A DNA stretch of 64,000 bases, taken from contig CM106586.1 of NCBI GenBank assembly GCA_048013815.1, forward strand, positions 124,001-188,000, written 5' to 3'. This document shows positions 26,798-39,410 of the stretch, piece after piece; within the stretch, counting starts at the first letter, position 1, and every line of letters begins with the position of its first letter. A program made the position numbers and the translations under genes. The notes below the pieces were generated by a model, which searched no databases, was not told where the DNA came from, and saw nothing but the letters and a program-made list of their open reading frames with translations. Origin of the DNA: Setoptus koraiensis (Eukaryota; Animalia; Arthropoda).

Positions 26798-29700
26798 TCA
26801 GCAACGACAACAACAACAACAATATCAGCAACGACAACGACATCTAATAACAACTGTCTCAGAAAGAGAGTCGCACAATTTGAACACAAACAACAAGTGG
26901 TTGTGGTTTTGCTTGTTGGCTCGCCAAACTTGCCCGCCGGATCGAGCCAATCCGTGAGCCGCTAGCCAAGCTGACCGGCCGACTTGTACAAGGGAACAGA
27001 TTATTATAATCTGGTGAGGAGCTCTGGAGAGCAGCTGTTAAAAAAGCTAGGCACAACTAATGGCACGAATGGTGAATTATATTTTTTCTTTTTTGGCATT
27101 TTGTCTCTTTAGTTAGTTGGATAGATGCCATGTGTTAATAATTTAAATAAATAAATGTTTCCAGTGATAATAAGTATAGTAATTCTATTTGAGACTGATC
27201 TCTGTCTGGCTTTAGATAAAGGAAGAGAGCCATTCCTCTTTTATTTCGCTGCTCGATGGACAGCGGATGAAAGAGTGAGAGCGGCCGAGAGAAAAAGAAG
27301 AGGTGGAGGTGGAGGTAAGTCATTTTATTGTCAAAATGAATGATTGAATGAATAACTAAATAAGATGTAGTAAGCTAAAAGCAAACCTGAGATTATAAAA
27401 TAATAATATTGATGTTGCTTGCGCGATTTGATTTGCTTCGAATTGATTTGGTTGAACAGCAATATCAAGCCAAAAGGATGGCCTGATATTGCTGTTGTTG
27501 TTGTTGCGATGGTTAGCTCGAGTTTGATTCGATTTGGCTCAATTTGATTTGATTCGATTTGAGTCGGCGGAGACCTGCAGATTTGACTGGTTTGATGGTA
27601 TGAAATAAAATGGGATGTTGTGCTGCGTTTCGCTATCTGATGACAGGGCGAATCAACAAAGAAAAGATAAAAGAGAAAGCCAGTCTCATTTCATATTTTC
27701 AGCCATCATATTTTTATTATCATCGCGGCCATAAGGGTTGTCGTCGGTGTAAGCCCACAGCAAGATCACAGCCACCCTTATTTGGTTTATCATAAAGACA
27801 ATCCATCTAACCGTGAGACTCCGACGCTAACTGACAAACAATTTCCAGTTGCATGAGCACAACAACAACAACTACGGCCAATCTATGCTGACATGACCAG
27901 CAACAAAAAGAAGATTCTCTCTATGATGCAATAGGCAGGTGTGATAACTTTTGTTGCTGTTTGCGCATATATATTTGTTTGTGTGAGTTTGCTCATACAA
28001 ACAAACCGATTATCAACATATTGAACAAAAATTATTATTATCATCTATTCAGATCTAATTAAGTTAACGAGAGATGCTTCAAACAACAACTTATCCAATC
28101 TCGAGCTGCACCAGGTAAAACGGGACGCTTGCTTATGATTCAACATTGAGTTGCCAATTTGCTCGAATTGGCCAATTTTCAGGCGGTCGGATTTTTCTCG
28201 GGTAGCCATGCAAAGCGACTGCCAGCCACGCTCTAACAGCAGCAACGGCTCTGCCAAAATGAGGTGCTTCCATTTGTCAGTTGTTGTTGTTGTTGTTGCT
28301 GTTGTTGTTGCTGTTGTTGTTGCTGTTGTTGTTGTTGTTGGAGATGGAAAGTGACAGAAAGTGACGGAAAATGAAGTGATGTGATGTCTTGTTTGTGACT
28401 CACAACTCGTAAGGCGCGACACATCGAGTCATTCTGGCCAGTTGTCAGCAAGTCGCTCGCCAATTTTCATACAAAGAATCCGGCAATGAATAATAAAATC
28501 ATAATAATAAAGACAGATGCAAGATAAAATGAACACCTTGTTTCGCTGAGGTTTTGGACGGAATCACACGCTTGCGAGCCAGATATTACTTGTCTCTCAC
28601 TAGTTTAAACGCACCCATAAGCATGACACACACACACACACATATGAAGACACCAATTAAGACGATTAACTAGAGGAAGTAGCTTGTTTGCGAGTATAAT
28701 TGCATTCTTTCACTAATTTTGCAGTTATACAATCTCACCTCTTTTTGATAGTTAGCGGTTAATAGATATATCATCTCCAGCAAACCGCTAAAGCGTCTAA
28801 ATAGACCTACTCACTAGCTTGACAAACAGTGACACTTTGCTAAGATATAATCACTGTTTGTCGCTAACTGTATCTGGCTTGCTCATCCATCAAAAACTCA
28901 CTTAATATGCGCAATCAATTTAGCTGTTTTCTACTTGGACACTCTCACTCCGAGACATTTGAGTGTTTGCCTCACACTCAGCCGTTATCTGGCCTGGCAA
29001 AGTTTATAAAAATTAGTTAAGTCAGTGAATTGGTCAGAAATGTTGAGAGAACCACCTAACGCCACCTAACGAACAATTCGAGATGTAATTTGGCGAACAA
29101 TTAAAGCGGAACAGGACGGAAGCTTTGAGTTAATAGATGTTTAATTGCAACAGTACAGCTATAGTTATGTTCGCTGTGATGAATGATGGTCGACGGTTGC
29201 CGATCGATCATTCGCATTATCATTATGGTTATTGCCGTTGCAATAATTATTATATAATAACAATATTATCAATAATAATATTGCTACTCCAGTTTTTAAT
29301 ATTCCATTCACTTTGGCTAGTAATGCGCTCACATTGTCAGATATCTCAGCATATCTCAGTTGAGGTTGCAACGAAAATTTCAATAACGGAACTCATTGTG
29401 CGAATCAATAAGATTCGCACAGTGAGTTATAATCGTGCGCGAATAGATTTATTTTATTTAGATTCGTCCTGTTTATACTGGTCACTTTAAGTTCAAACCA
29501 ATAAAATTCATATAAAACTCGTAGCCTATCTCACATGACAAAGGTGAAACTTACTTGACGAACGATGGAATATTGATGGGATTATCAATATGTTTTGTTT
29601 TATTCAATATATTCAATGGGTTCATTAGATGGCTGTCATTTTGCGGTGTTTCGAATTTGAGTGAAATACAATTTGTTCATCGTGCATTGAGAATACATAT

Positions 29701-30540
29701 AAATTAGAATATATAAAATATCGACTATGCCAGTGATAACGGTAATGAGCGTTGTCGATGATGAACGAGTGAAAGAGAGTGGCGATAATTGATTTTTATC
29801 GTGATCTTGCACTACACGCAACAACATCTATTGTCTAGTGGGTCTATTATAAGTTGGGCAAGATTTTCTGACTCATGATTGCACTAATTGCAAGTATATT
29901 TATTTCTCCGCTTGATCAGCTAGATTGTTTCGGACGGTGCAGCATTCAATGAGATGAGATGGACAAGATGCAACAGGATGCAAAAATAGGATGTGATGTG
30001 GCAAATCGGATCGGATCGCATCGCATTGCATCGGATATCGATTGTAGTCGATTATCCAGCAGCTACTTGCAATAACTTGACCTGTGTGAAAGTGAATCTG
30101 TTCAAGCTTAAGATTACTGCTGCACCTTGTTACAGTCCAGTCGTATGTGTCTAGTTGTTTGTGTTCAATCTGACAGCAGAGCGACTGCCAGACTGTGAGC
30201 TGCTGTCTAGCTTTTGTCGAGATTGCCAATCAAATTGGTAGTGCACGCAGTTGTTTTCGCTAGGAATTTTAGCTTTCTTTTGGCAAGGCTCATTCTAGCC
30301 TGACAACTACTGTGTGCGACCCACAATCGTTGGTTCCTCTTTCAGATGATCGATTTGTGTTTCAGTTGTGCAGGCCAAGAACGCATTTGCATTCTATGTA
30401 AGCTGGCAACAAATGTTGTTGCTGTTGCCCGTTATAAGCAAATTGACAAATTACCTTGTAAGGGATAATGTCAATTAAGGAGAAGCTTGAGCACGATTCA
30501 TTTTACATCTTTGAAGCCCATCATTTCTCTCTTTATTACC

Positions 30541-30577
<37 letters not shown>

Positions 30578-33527
30578 ATATTATTACTATTATTCAATGA
30601 GTGATTTGTGTCCGTGTGACAAGCCATTAAACAGATCGCCAGAGCGCAGAAAAACGAAAGAAATCTGATTTTTTGTCTCTTTTTGGCACTGTATGTGTGC
30701 TAACATTAATTCTGATGAGTTCAATTATGGCTAATCGGCATAGCAATTAACTAAATAAATCACGACTTAGATCTTTATAGCTCGATCACCCGCTGATTCT
30801 GCTATGCTTTTTCTCCATACATTTTTTCTTGCATTCGTCATGACTTGGCCATCAGATCCGTGAAGATAATTGATGGAGATAGCCAACTGACAATGCAAAT
30901 TTCTGTACTAGCACACCCTGCCATTATAATCGATCGCTGAAGCAAAGTTCAAGGCGCCCAGTTTCACTATTGCTATCACCATATTACATATTATATGTAC
31001 ATAATTAATTATCTAGGTAAAGTGTGTAGCTACTTCTATTGTGTGGCCACAGTGTATTTGTTGGCACAACTGCAGACACAATGCCAGCCAGCTTTGAGTG
31101 GGGCCCTGAGAGTGAGTTTGGTGACAAATATTAGTATAAAGTATGAAGTATAAGTATCTGGCCAACACAAATCTACAATGATGGCCAGCTGATTGTTGTG
31201 CAATCGCTACAAGGCAATGATAGTAGAGCCAGTTGAGTAGCTGCTGGAACAATGGTTAGTTAGTTGACAAATAAAAATCTTGATTATAATTATAACTTTT
31301 GTCGCTTTTTCATCATTAGTCCTGTATTTGTTCGCAATGTGCACCAAATCACCTCAGATCTGTTTGCCCCCAGGGCAACGGGCTATCAGTTGTAAAACAA
31401 AAGAATATCCGTCTTGTTGCTTTAGTTCATGGTTGTTTCGTTTAGGTTTGTGTGTCAAGTGTCTCGCTGGCATGATATTAAGGGACATTAGTATCGACTA
31501 GCATGCCAGCTCATCTTGCAGCCGTAATTCAAACCGTTAAAAGTGAATGGCGGACACTTTAATTCAAACACTTTTACTCAACATGATGATTTAATCAAGA
31601 AATTCATTAATGAATGTTAACAAATATCATAATTATTGCGCCTGGACATGTCACAAGTGCAAGTGAACCTGTTCGGGTTACTGTTTAATTAATGTACAAA
31701 CTGCATATAACTGTACAAAATACAGTAGTCGGTAAAGGCAACAATTTTACAGCATTGTTAGGATTCTTTCTTAGGTCGGGTTTGCAGTGGCTGACAGTAA
31801 CATTAAAATGCAACACTTATAATGTACCCGCATGTATGACATGAATATTCATCAGTAGCGTCATGAACAAATATGATATAAGCAAACCGCAATTAGTTGA
31901 AATATTTCCATAATTATCTTTGCTCGTTCACTCACTTTGCCTACCCCCAGTTGCAAACCGAGTAACCGAAAGTAGGCAAAGCATCAGCTAAGCGAGCCTT
32001 CTCTCAACAAAGGTACGCGAAAAGAAATTAACAGAATCATTTTGTCGCCAAGTTGGCATCCTTTGGTCACCCGTTGCTTTCTTTTATTTGACAATTATTA
32101 TTCGCGTGAGGCCGTTTGAATGGCGTTTGTTTGTGCCATTTGACATTTGTGTCAAGTCCATTCATACGCATAACCATTATCATCATATGTGATTTTTCAT
32201 TCTTTGTTGTTGATTGTCTCTCCTAGCAGCACAATTATTGAGTGCAATGGATAACTCAGCAACAACTCTATTAAGTTTATTCAATCTAATGATAGAAAGA
32301 ACACATCAACAGAGATAAGTTTGCTTGCTCGACTTGCGAGCAGCTTGCTTTTTAACTTCTTAATCAGCTCCCAGTGACACATAGACGGACAGCTTTCTCT
32401 CTCTTTTTGTTTGCGTATCTCAATTGTAACCGCCGCAGGAAATGGATCGCACTTAGCAACAATAACTTACATAAATTGTAACGGCATACACTCTTTGTTC
32501 AAGATACATATCACGACATGTGCAAGCATAAATGTTCGTGTGTTTCGTTTTTTATTATCAATCTAATTGCCTTTTATGATTATAATAAATCTACGCCAGC
32601 CTCTCTGATAATTTTATCTTCCAGTAAATAGATATGTTTTCAGCAACACTAATGCTATCCAACGTATCAAGGGCCAATGTCCAGTGACCCGATGACACAA
32701 GACAATATAGACAGGCGGCCTGGCCATTGAGCCAGCTAAACAGACAGAAATAGACGAATGCAACAACCTTGCGAGGGATTCTTTGATTTTGTTCGAAATT
32801 GTGCCGTTATTCCATCACCATGAATCATGATAGATCAGCTACGATAACTGAACTAATCGTGACCAGTCAAAAATAAGACTTACATATGGACGTAACATAT
32901 GGATTTTGCTTGAATTGCAATGTGAGAGAGGAGCTCATTCAAGTTACAGTGATTAATTGGTAGACAGCAACAATAATAAAACATAAATTACGATAACTCT
33001 CTGTCTATGCGAGAGAGAGGGGGGAGGGAGGTTGCTTGGCAGCCATATCTCTCGTATTGATCAGTTCAGGGTGTCATTGGGAATGTCTGTGAAAATCATG
33101 AAATAAATTGTAAATTGTTTGTGTTTATCTTCTCTTGGTTTGTTGAACTTTGTTGGTCGTATCTCGCAATGAAAAAGCGAGACAATCGGAGATGGACACA
33201 CACACAAGTGAATAGAAACAATCGTAATAATAGTCATATGGATTTGGCTTATAATTTTTCCCAATCAAAGATGACCAAATTGGATAAATGTAAACGAAGA
33301 GAGAGAGAGAGAGAGCGAGCGATATAGAAATCGGACAGTTGCAAGTAAGACAAAATTTGAAACAAGTGACCACCAACAATATAAGTCTGATAAGATCACG
33401 CCGAAATTGTTTAAGGCTGCACGGAACAAACATTGGGACTTTTGATTTTGTTTGTTTGTTTTTGTTCGATCGTTCGTTCGTTTGTTTATGCGATCGTTTG
33501 TTCGTTTGATTCTGATTGTGCAACGAT

Positions 33528-34027
33528 NNNNNNNNNNNNNNNNNNNNNNNNNNNNNNNNNNNNNNNNNNNNNNNNNNNNNNNNNNNNNNNNNNNNNNNNN
33601 NNNNNNNNNNNNNNNNNNNNNNNNNNNNNNNNNNNNNNNNNNNNNNNNNNNNNNNNNNNNNNNNNNNNNNNNNNNNNNNNNNNNNNNNNNNNNNNNNNNN
33701 NNNNNNNNNNNNNNNNNNNNNNNNNNNNNNNNNNNNNNNNNNNNNNNNNNNNNNNNNNNNNNNNNNNNNNNNNNNNNNNNNNNNNNNNNNNNNNNNNNNN
33801 NNNNNNNNNNNNNNNNNNNNNNNNNNNNNNNNNNNNNNNNNNNNNNNNNNNNNNNNNNNNNNNNNNNNNNNNNNNNNNNNNNNNNNNNNNNNNNNNNNNN
33901 NNNNNNNNNNNNNNNNNNNNNNNNNNNNNNNNNNNNNNNNNNNNNNNNNNNNNNNNNNNNNNNNNNNNNNNNNNNNNNNNNNNNNNNNNNNNNNNNNNNN
34001 NNNNNNNNNNNNNNNNNNNNNNNNNNN
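33528..34027. other. Assembly gap (500 N)
   Basis: Run of N. Confidence 1.
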
Positions 34028-37000
34028 AGAGCATGTGAGATGGAGATTGTTTGGTTGGTATTTCTATCAAATTTATTCTAAATCCATCAGAATATGGTAG
34101 TGCAGGTGAGGGTGTCAATACAACAACCTTGCAATTGAACACAACCCAACATAGATTGCGAACGTCCTTTCATTAATAACAACAACGACAACTTAATGAA
34201 TGGCCAATGGTCATTGATTGTGTGTTGTCCTCCTCGTGCCCAACACAACTTGGCACCGCTAGCTTGTACAACATTATTTTGTGTATGACCTCTAAATCAG
34301 ATTAAGTAATTTTAACAAGTAACAAATTCATTATGACCACTGTCTTGCAATCGAATAACGCCTGACCACTTGTATTGTACGGCCTCCTGCTTGCTCGTTT
34401 GTAACGCTTAGTCATGCTGAACTCTCTTGATAAATAATCGCCAGTGACATAAGTGAGTGTCAGAAGATGGCACCATGAACATGGATCGATTCACCTGTTC
34501 CATTGGTACAATTGCTAGTGGATAAATTGATTTTTCGTTTCTTCCATTCGTTTACTGGGTCTGCTAGGGATTAGTTGAAAGTATTTAATTATTTGTTCGT
34601 TTTTGGTTTGGTTCGTGTTCGATTCGCAACTGTTCAATGAAGTGAAATTGATGATTGTTGGACGAACGTTACATTTATATACATGTGTTAAATAAAGGTA
34701 TGTGCACATGATTGCAAGTATTTCACGTATCTATATTTTATCCGTCGCTCTCTTTTTACTTTGAATCATCCAGATAATGGTTGCTTAGTAAATTGCAAAG
34801 ATACAGATTAAAATCATCAAGTTCAACTTGAAATGGGCACCCGTGATGGACACTGTCACGTTGCATGCGACTACGCTATATTGTACTCGTCCTATGTCGA
34901 TCAATCGGATAGTTGTACTTTATTCAGCTAGTGTTCACACAATTTGCATATATTGCGAGTCAATGTCCTGAATTAGGAACAATTCGATGGAACAAGTCTG
35001 CACCTGATCTGTAACATCGACAACACAGTCACTGTTTATAAATATTGTTATGAATACTCTTGATACAACTGTGCAATTGTGTGCAATTTAAATTTGGCAA
35101 TAAGAAAGAGTGGGAATTTATCCTCAAGCGTAAGTTTGCCCTCATCTTTCAATGCAATAAAACAACTCACCAGATAGCTGAGTCATTCAAGTCAATTAAT
35201 CAACTAAATAGTGGTCATTTAATGAACAGTCGCAGACTTGCTACCGTCATTGGCTGAGTCCCACAAATTGCAACTAGACTAGAGAGATAAGAAAAAGAAA
35301 CTTATTTAAACAAAGAGAAATATAATGGCGACGACAACAACCAAAACATCATCATTATCACTATATGACTCGACACATTTCAAATTATCTTTAGCTTTCT
35401 CAACAAAACTCATTGGCTGCATCGACTAACACATGAGAGAGATAAACGAATTGTATGTGCGTGTGTGTAATAGGAGCGGCAGCTTGAATCTGTAATTATC
35501 AGTAATAATTTTAAATTGCTTTTGTTGTGTAACTGCTTGCAAACACACAGACCTGTATCATTTATACAGATCTGAAATGGCAATTAAAGGCAAATGGAAA
35601 AGAGATGAGATGTTTCGAAAGTTGTTTAACTATCTCAAAACAGCAGTAGACGAGCTGCTTCCGTTTGTGTGTCCAGATCAAGGGATTGCGATGAGCGGTT
35701 AATATGACATCCAAGCTCATGCAACAACTGTGCATACAAATGTGATTTATGTATGAATCGATTGTACCTGCTGCTAGTAACTAATTACATATCATCACAC
35801 CATCTGAAGATATTAAACCAGCGACAATGTCAGAGTTATATATTACTACTGTATTGCCTCCATGTTTTGCGTGCCCGATCAAACACTACAAGATGTAGAG
35901 GTAGAGATTTTCTTTGCAAACAACTGATGAACTATCATAATCAATTTGAAAAAAAAGGGTTAACAGTATGCAAATAGAATGCAAGTCACAATATACAAGT
36001 CAACAAATCGCTTGATGATTATCAATCATTATCCAACGAATAATAATCAATCAAGACACATTATGCGATCGCGCAACACAAAACGTTGCATGTAGCTCAT
36101 GGGTAGTGTTAAATACTAGTAAGAATTTGAATAGATTTGAATAATATTAATTATAACCAACAAGTAAGATGATGATAATTATAACGTTATTGATTGAACA
36201 GTAACTGTTGAAGTGCAGGCTGGCATATTTGGCAGCGAAAGTAAATTGAATGATAACCCACTCTCCCTGTAGAAAAAGTTGGCTATTTAAGTTGAGTTAG
36301 TTGAGCTCTAATCTACTACTGCTCACAGTTAAAATGTATGTATTTGATTGCAGAGAAACATTTACATATCAACACCTGTCCAGATGGAAACTTGGCCAAC
36401 CTTGTGTTAACATAGAGTACAGGTATAAATAAACGGATAAAAGGATTGACTCGAGAGCAACTCGTTGCAATGAAACTAGTTTTGTGTAGAGTCCAACAGA
36501 TGAATCTCGTCTTCAGTTTTCCTTTCTTTTCCCTATCTTCCACATAATCCGCTAGAGCATCCACTTGGGCATTGATATTTGCTCTTGCTCAATCGGCCAC
36601 TCAGTGTATTCACAACGACAGTCAGTGATCATCAATTTATTGTCAGCTTGCTGTCTTACTAAAGAATCATACCATCAATTGACCAACAACAGGCAACACC
36701 AGTGTACTTCAGGTTAGTCTTGTGCTGCCTACCGTATAGACTGGACCTGAACAGAGAGTTGGATGAGAAACGAAAATCTCCATCTTTCAATGATAGTATG
36801 AGCGAGCCGTGATGATAATAACAGTTCCAACGTCAATTGATACACTTGATCTTGTTCTTTCATCTTCAGCTGACTATGATTTATTCAACTTTCGCGATGC
36901 TCTCACACAATTCTATTCCCCAAATGTGCGTCCTTCTTTCACATGATGCAGCAACAACAACATCGCGAATTAAGGCATGATGTGTCAAATAATAAAAATA

Positions 37001-38575
37001 ATAATAATAGTAATAATAATACAAGTGCAATAATAATAATGATGATGCTGGTGGTCAGCTTCTTTGGGCAAACAATAGTCAGTGTGTCTAATCATTTGTT
37101 CAAATATTACATAAGCCTCGATAGTTGAGCTTAGATTAGATGCGTTGCCTGGAGACTCGCGAATGAATGAAAATAGCTAGAGAGAAGAGTATAACGATGA
37201 GGGATTGCTGTTGATGATTTACAGAGTTGTAGGAACTAGTCAATAACGAACGAAATGATGGTGCTGAATTGTTGTTTTGCTAGTTGATTCGGGCGTTCTC
37301 TTCACACAAAACTTCTTCGCATGTAACAGTACGAATTGATCTAGTTTTAACTCATTATGTAATAATAGTAACTGTAGCACCAACACCTCCAAATGAATAA
37401 AGAAACGAAATGCTTCGAACGTGGATACGGATGCATTATAATGAATTCTGGGTATGATAGGCGCAATGGAACAACTAAGATAGAGCCAAGATAGAGATTC
37501 AAGACAAAATAAACAAGGCAACAACATTGTGTATCTAACTGTGTATTGATGAGTTATAATGAAAGAAAAAGAAGAATAGATAAAAGAAGCGGGATCAGGT
37601 CCGAGCTTAAGATTAGTGAAACAATCTCTGAAGTGGCAATTGAGCGTTAGATGAAATGCAACGAACGCTCAATGAATAATAATTTTGGCTGCTACAATCT
37701 GTCTCGGCAAGCAAGGATAACGACGACAATAACAACAGGTGGATAATAACAGGCAAAGAAATGCACAATGATTGATTGATTAATAATGATTGACTTGAGT
37801 CTTATTTCGCCGAGACAAGTCGCTGGCGCCAATCAACCGAATAAACATTCTAGTGTCCTGGTGATGTTGGTTCACTTTCTGGTGGGACACGAGAGATATA
37901 GTCGTCTAGTCAGCAACAAGTTTGTGTGTATATATTTCACATGTTGATTTTATTCTAACTTTTGTAAAATCACAACACCCTTGTCACACTTCTAAAGCAA
38001 TGGCGATGTCTTTGTTCAAATGGCGTATTAGGTTGTCAAGTGATTAGGTTAAGATAACGAGCAGAAATAATTACACAAGTTAGTGTCTGGTTGATTGATG
38101 ATTGTTTCAGGAAATATCTATTTCTATATCCGTTTATACAATATGTGTTTAGTTATTGTACTTATGCGCGGCATTCAGTTTTAACTTTCTGAGGGAATAA
38201 GCTCGTCCACTCTCCGGTGATTTCGTCTTTGGCCCAAGCCTCACAATACTCACTAGCGTCTGGCAAGCAAATCTGCCTCTAGCTGGCTGATTGTTAGTTG
38301 TATTAAAGTCATCTTCGTAGAGCTCTTGGTCTGATAAAGTCTTCAATTCTGCAAATATTATATGCGACTTTTCTCAACTGCTCATCTGACTTCATTCCTG
38401 ATCAATTAATTATAATGAGATAAAGAAAGTGGCATCGATAAAAACATTGCTACAACATTTTTGAAAAATTCAAAAGAATAAAAAGAATCGTCACTTATAC
38501 ATAGGGCAGTCCTTCGTGAAAGCACAAAAGTTCTTGCCCGTCAATGTATAATTTGGCACCCTACCATTGGAGGTA

Positions 38576-38779
38576 GAGTCATTTTTACTGAGGACAGTGG
38601 TTACAAACCCAGAGAAAACCACTCTTTCGAAACTCTCGATGATTATGAAGTTGCCATATTATCTGGGTTTGTAACCACAGTCCTTATCTGTTCTATCATT
38701 GTAATTATGTTATTGTACAATAACTCGGGCGGTTTCTTCACCATATTTGATAGAATCAGCGATTTTTCTCGCTCTACTT
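38576..38779 (-). pseudogene. SMC6: Decayed inverted fragment of SMC6 (copy of ~39644-39811)
   Basis: The reverse complement reads KSRARKIADSIKYGEETARVIVQ*HNYNDRTDKDCGYKPR*YGNFIIIERV, versus TSRAKKMADFIKYGEETARVIVKLHNYNDITDKDCGYKPREYGNFIIIERV in the intact gene. It has two in-frame TAA codons and an internal inverted insertion. Confidence 0.9.
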
Positions 38780-39410
38780 TTCAACACGTAGTTGGCCACA
38801 GCTACACATGCGCCCCTAGAGGACGCAAATTCTAACAAATCGATCGGATTGTGCGCGCCAACATGTCGCATCTAAGAACTAGAGATTGGTCGATAATACA
38901 TGTATTTTTGTTAACTAAAAATTCTACGACAGCTTGCAGCGTGCATTTTGTGAGGGGACGATTTCGACTACTTGTGCAATTCATCACCGAAGACAAAGCC
39001 ACGAAACGCATTTGTTGCGCGCTGTCGAGAACGAGAATCTCCATTCACCAAAATCCAACAATAGCACGTGTGATTGCTCACACTAACTTGCGCCAACTTT
39101 TTGTGCTGACGCGCATATTGCGATTTGTGTTTGTACCCCCCTCTTCTAGGAATATCATGCAACTATTCATAGAAATGATAGTGCATTTTTCAAATTCTCG
39201 CGCGACGCTTATCGGGGGAAGAGGGGCTAATTCAGATGCTTAGAGATTCTATATTGTGAACACACACGTACATAAAGGCATATGAAGGCATCATAATGAA
39301 AGGCTTATAATGTATATAATGTTTATATAATATAAAGAGTGCAACATACTATCCACCGGTTTGACAATATTCATATCTGTATTACTCATATTTTCACAAC
39401 AAATATTATC

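Noticed and set aside
4141-27780. Partial matches to conserved miRNA seeds (miR-8, miR-124, miR-279, miR-71, miR-2, bantam)
   Set aside because: Only 7-9 nt match; the rest of each mature sequence and the precursor hairpins are absent.
1668-28463. Poly-Q/T/V/D/H ORFs (1668-1949, 8252-8479, 17780-18075, 26698-26889, 28045-28463 etc.)
   Set aside because: Produced by trinucleotide microsatellites; no domain or linked splice evidence. 8252-8479 was tested as a third exon of the structural protein but the phases did not fit.
33433-34142. ORFs of ~200 aa spanning the first gap, and likewise 61962-62674 at the second gap
   Set aside because: Artefacts of translating N runs.
38832-39243. ORFs upstream of SMC6, with a faint Tc1-like FVFGDE motif
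   Set aside because: No DDE/D triad, TIRs or TA target duplication found.
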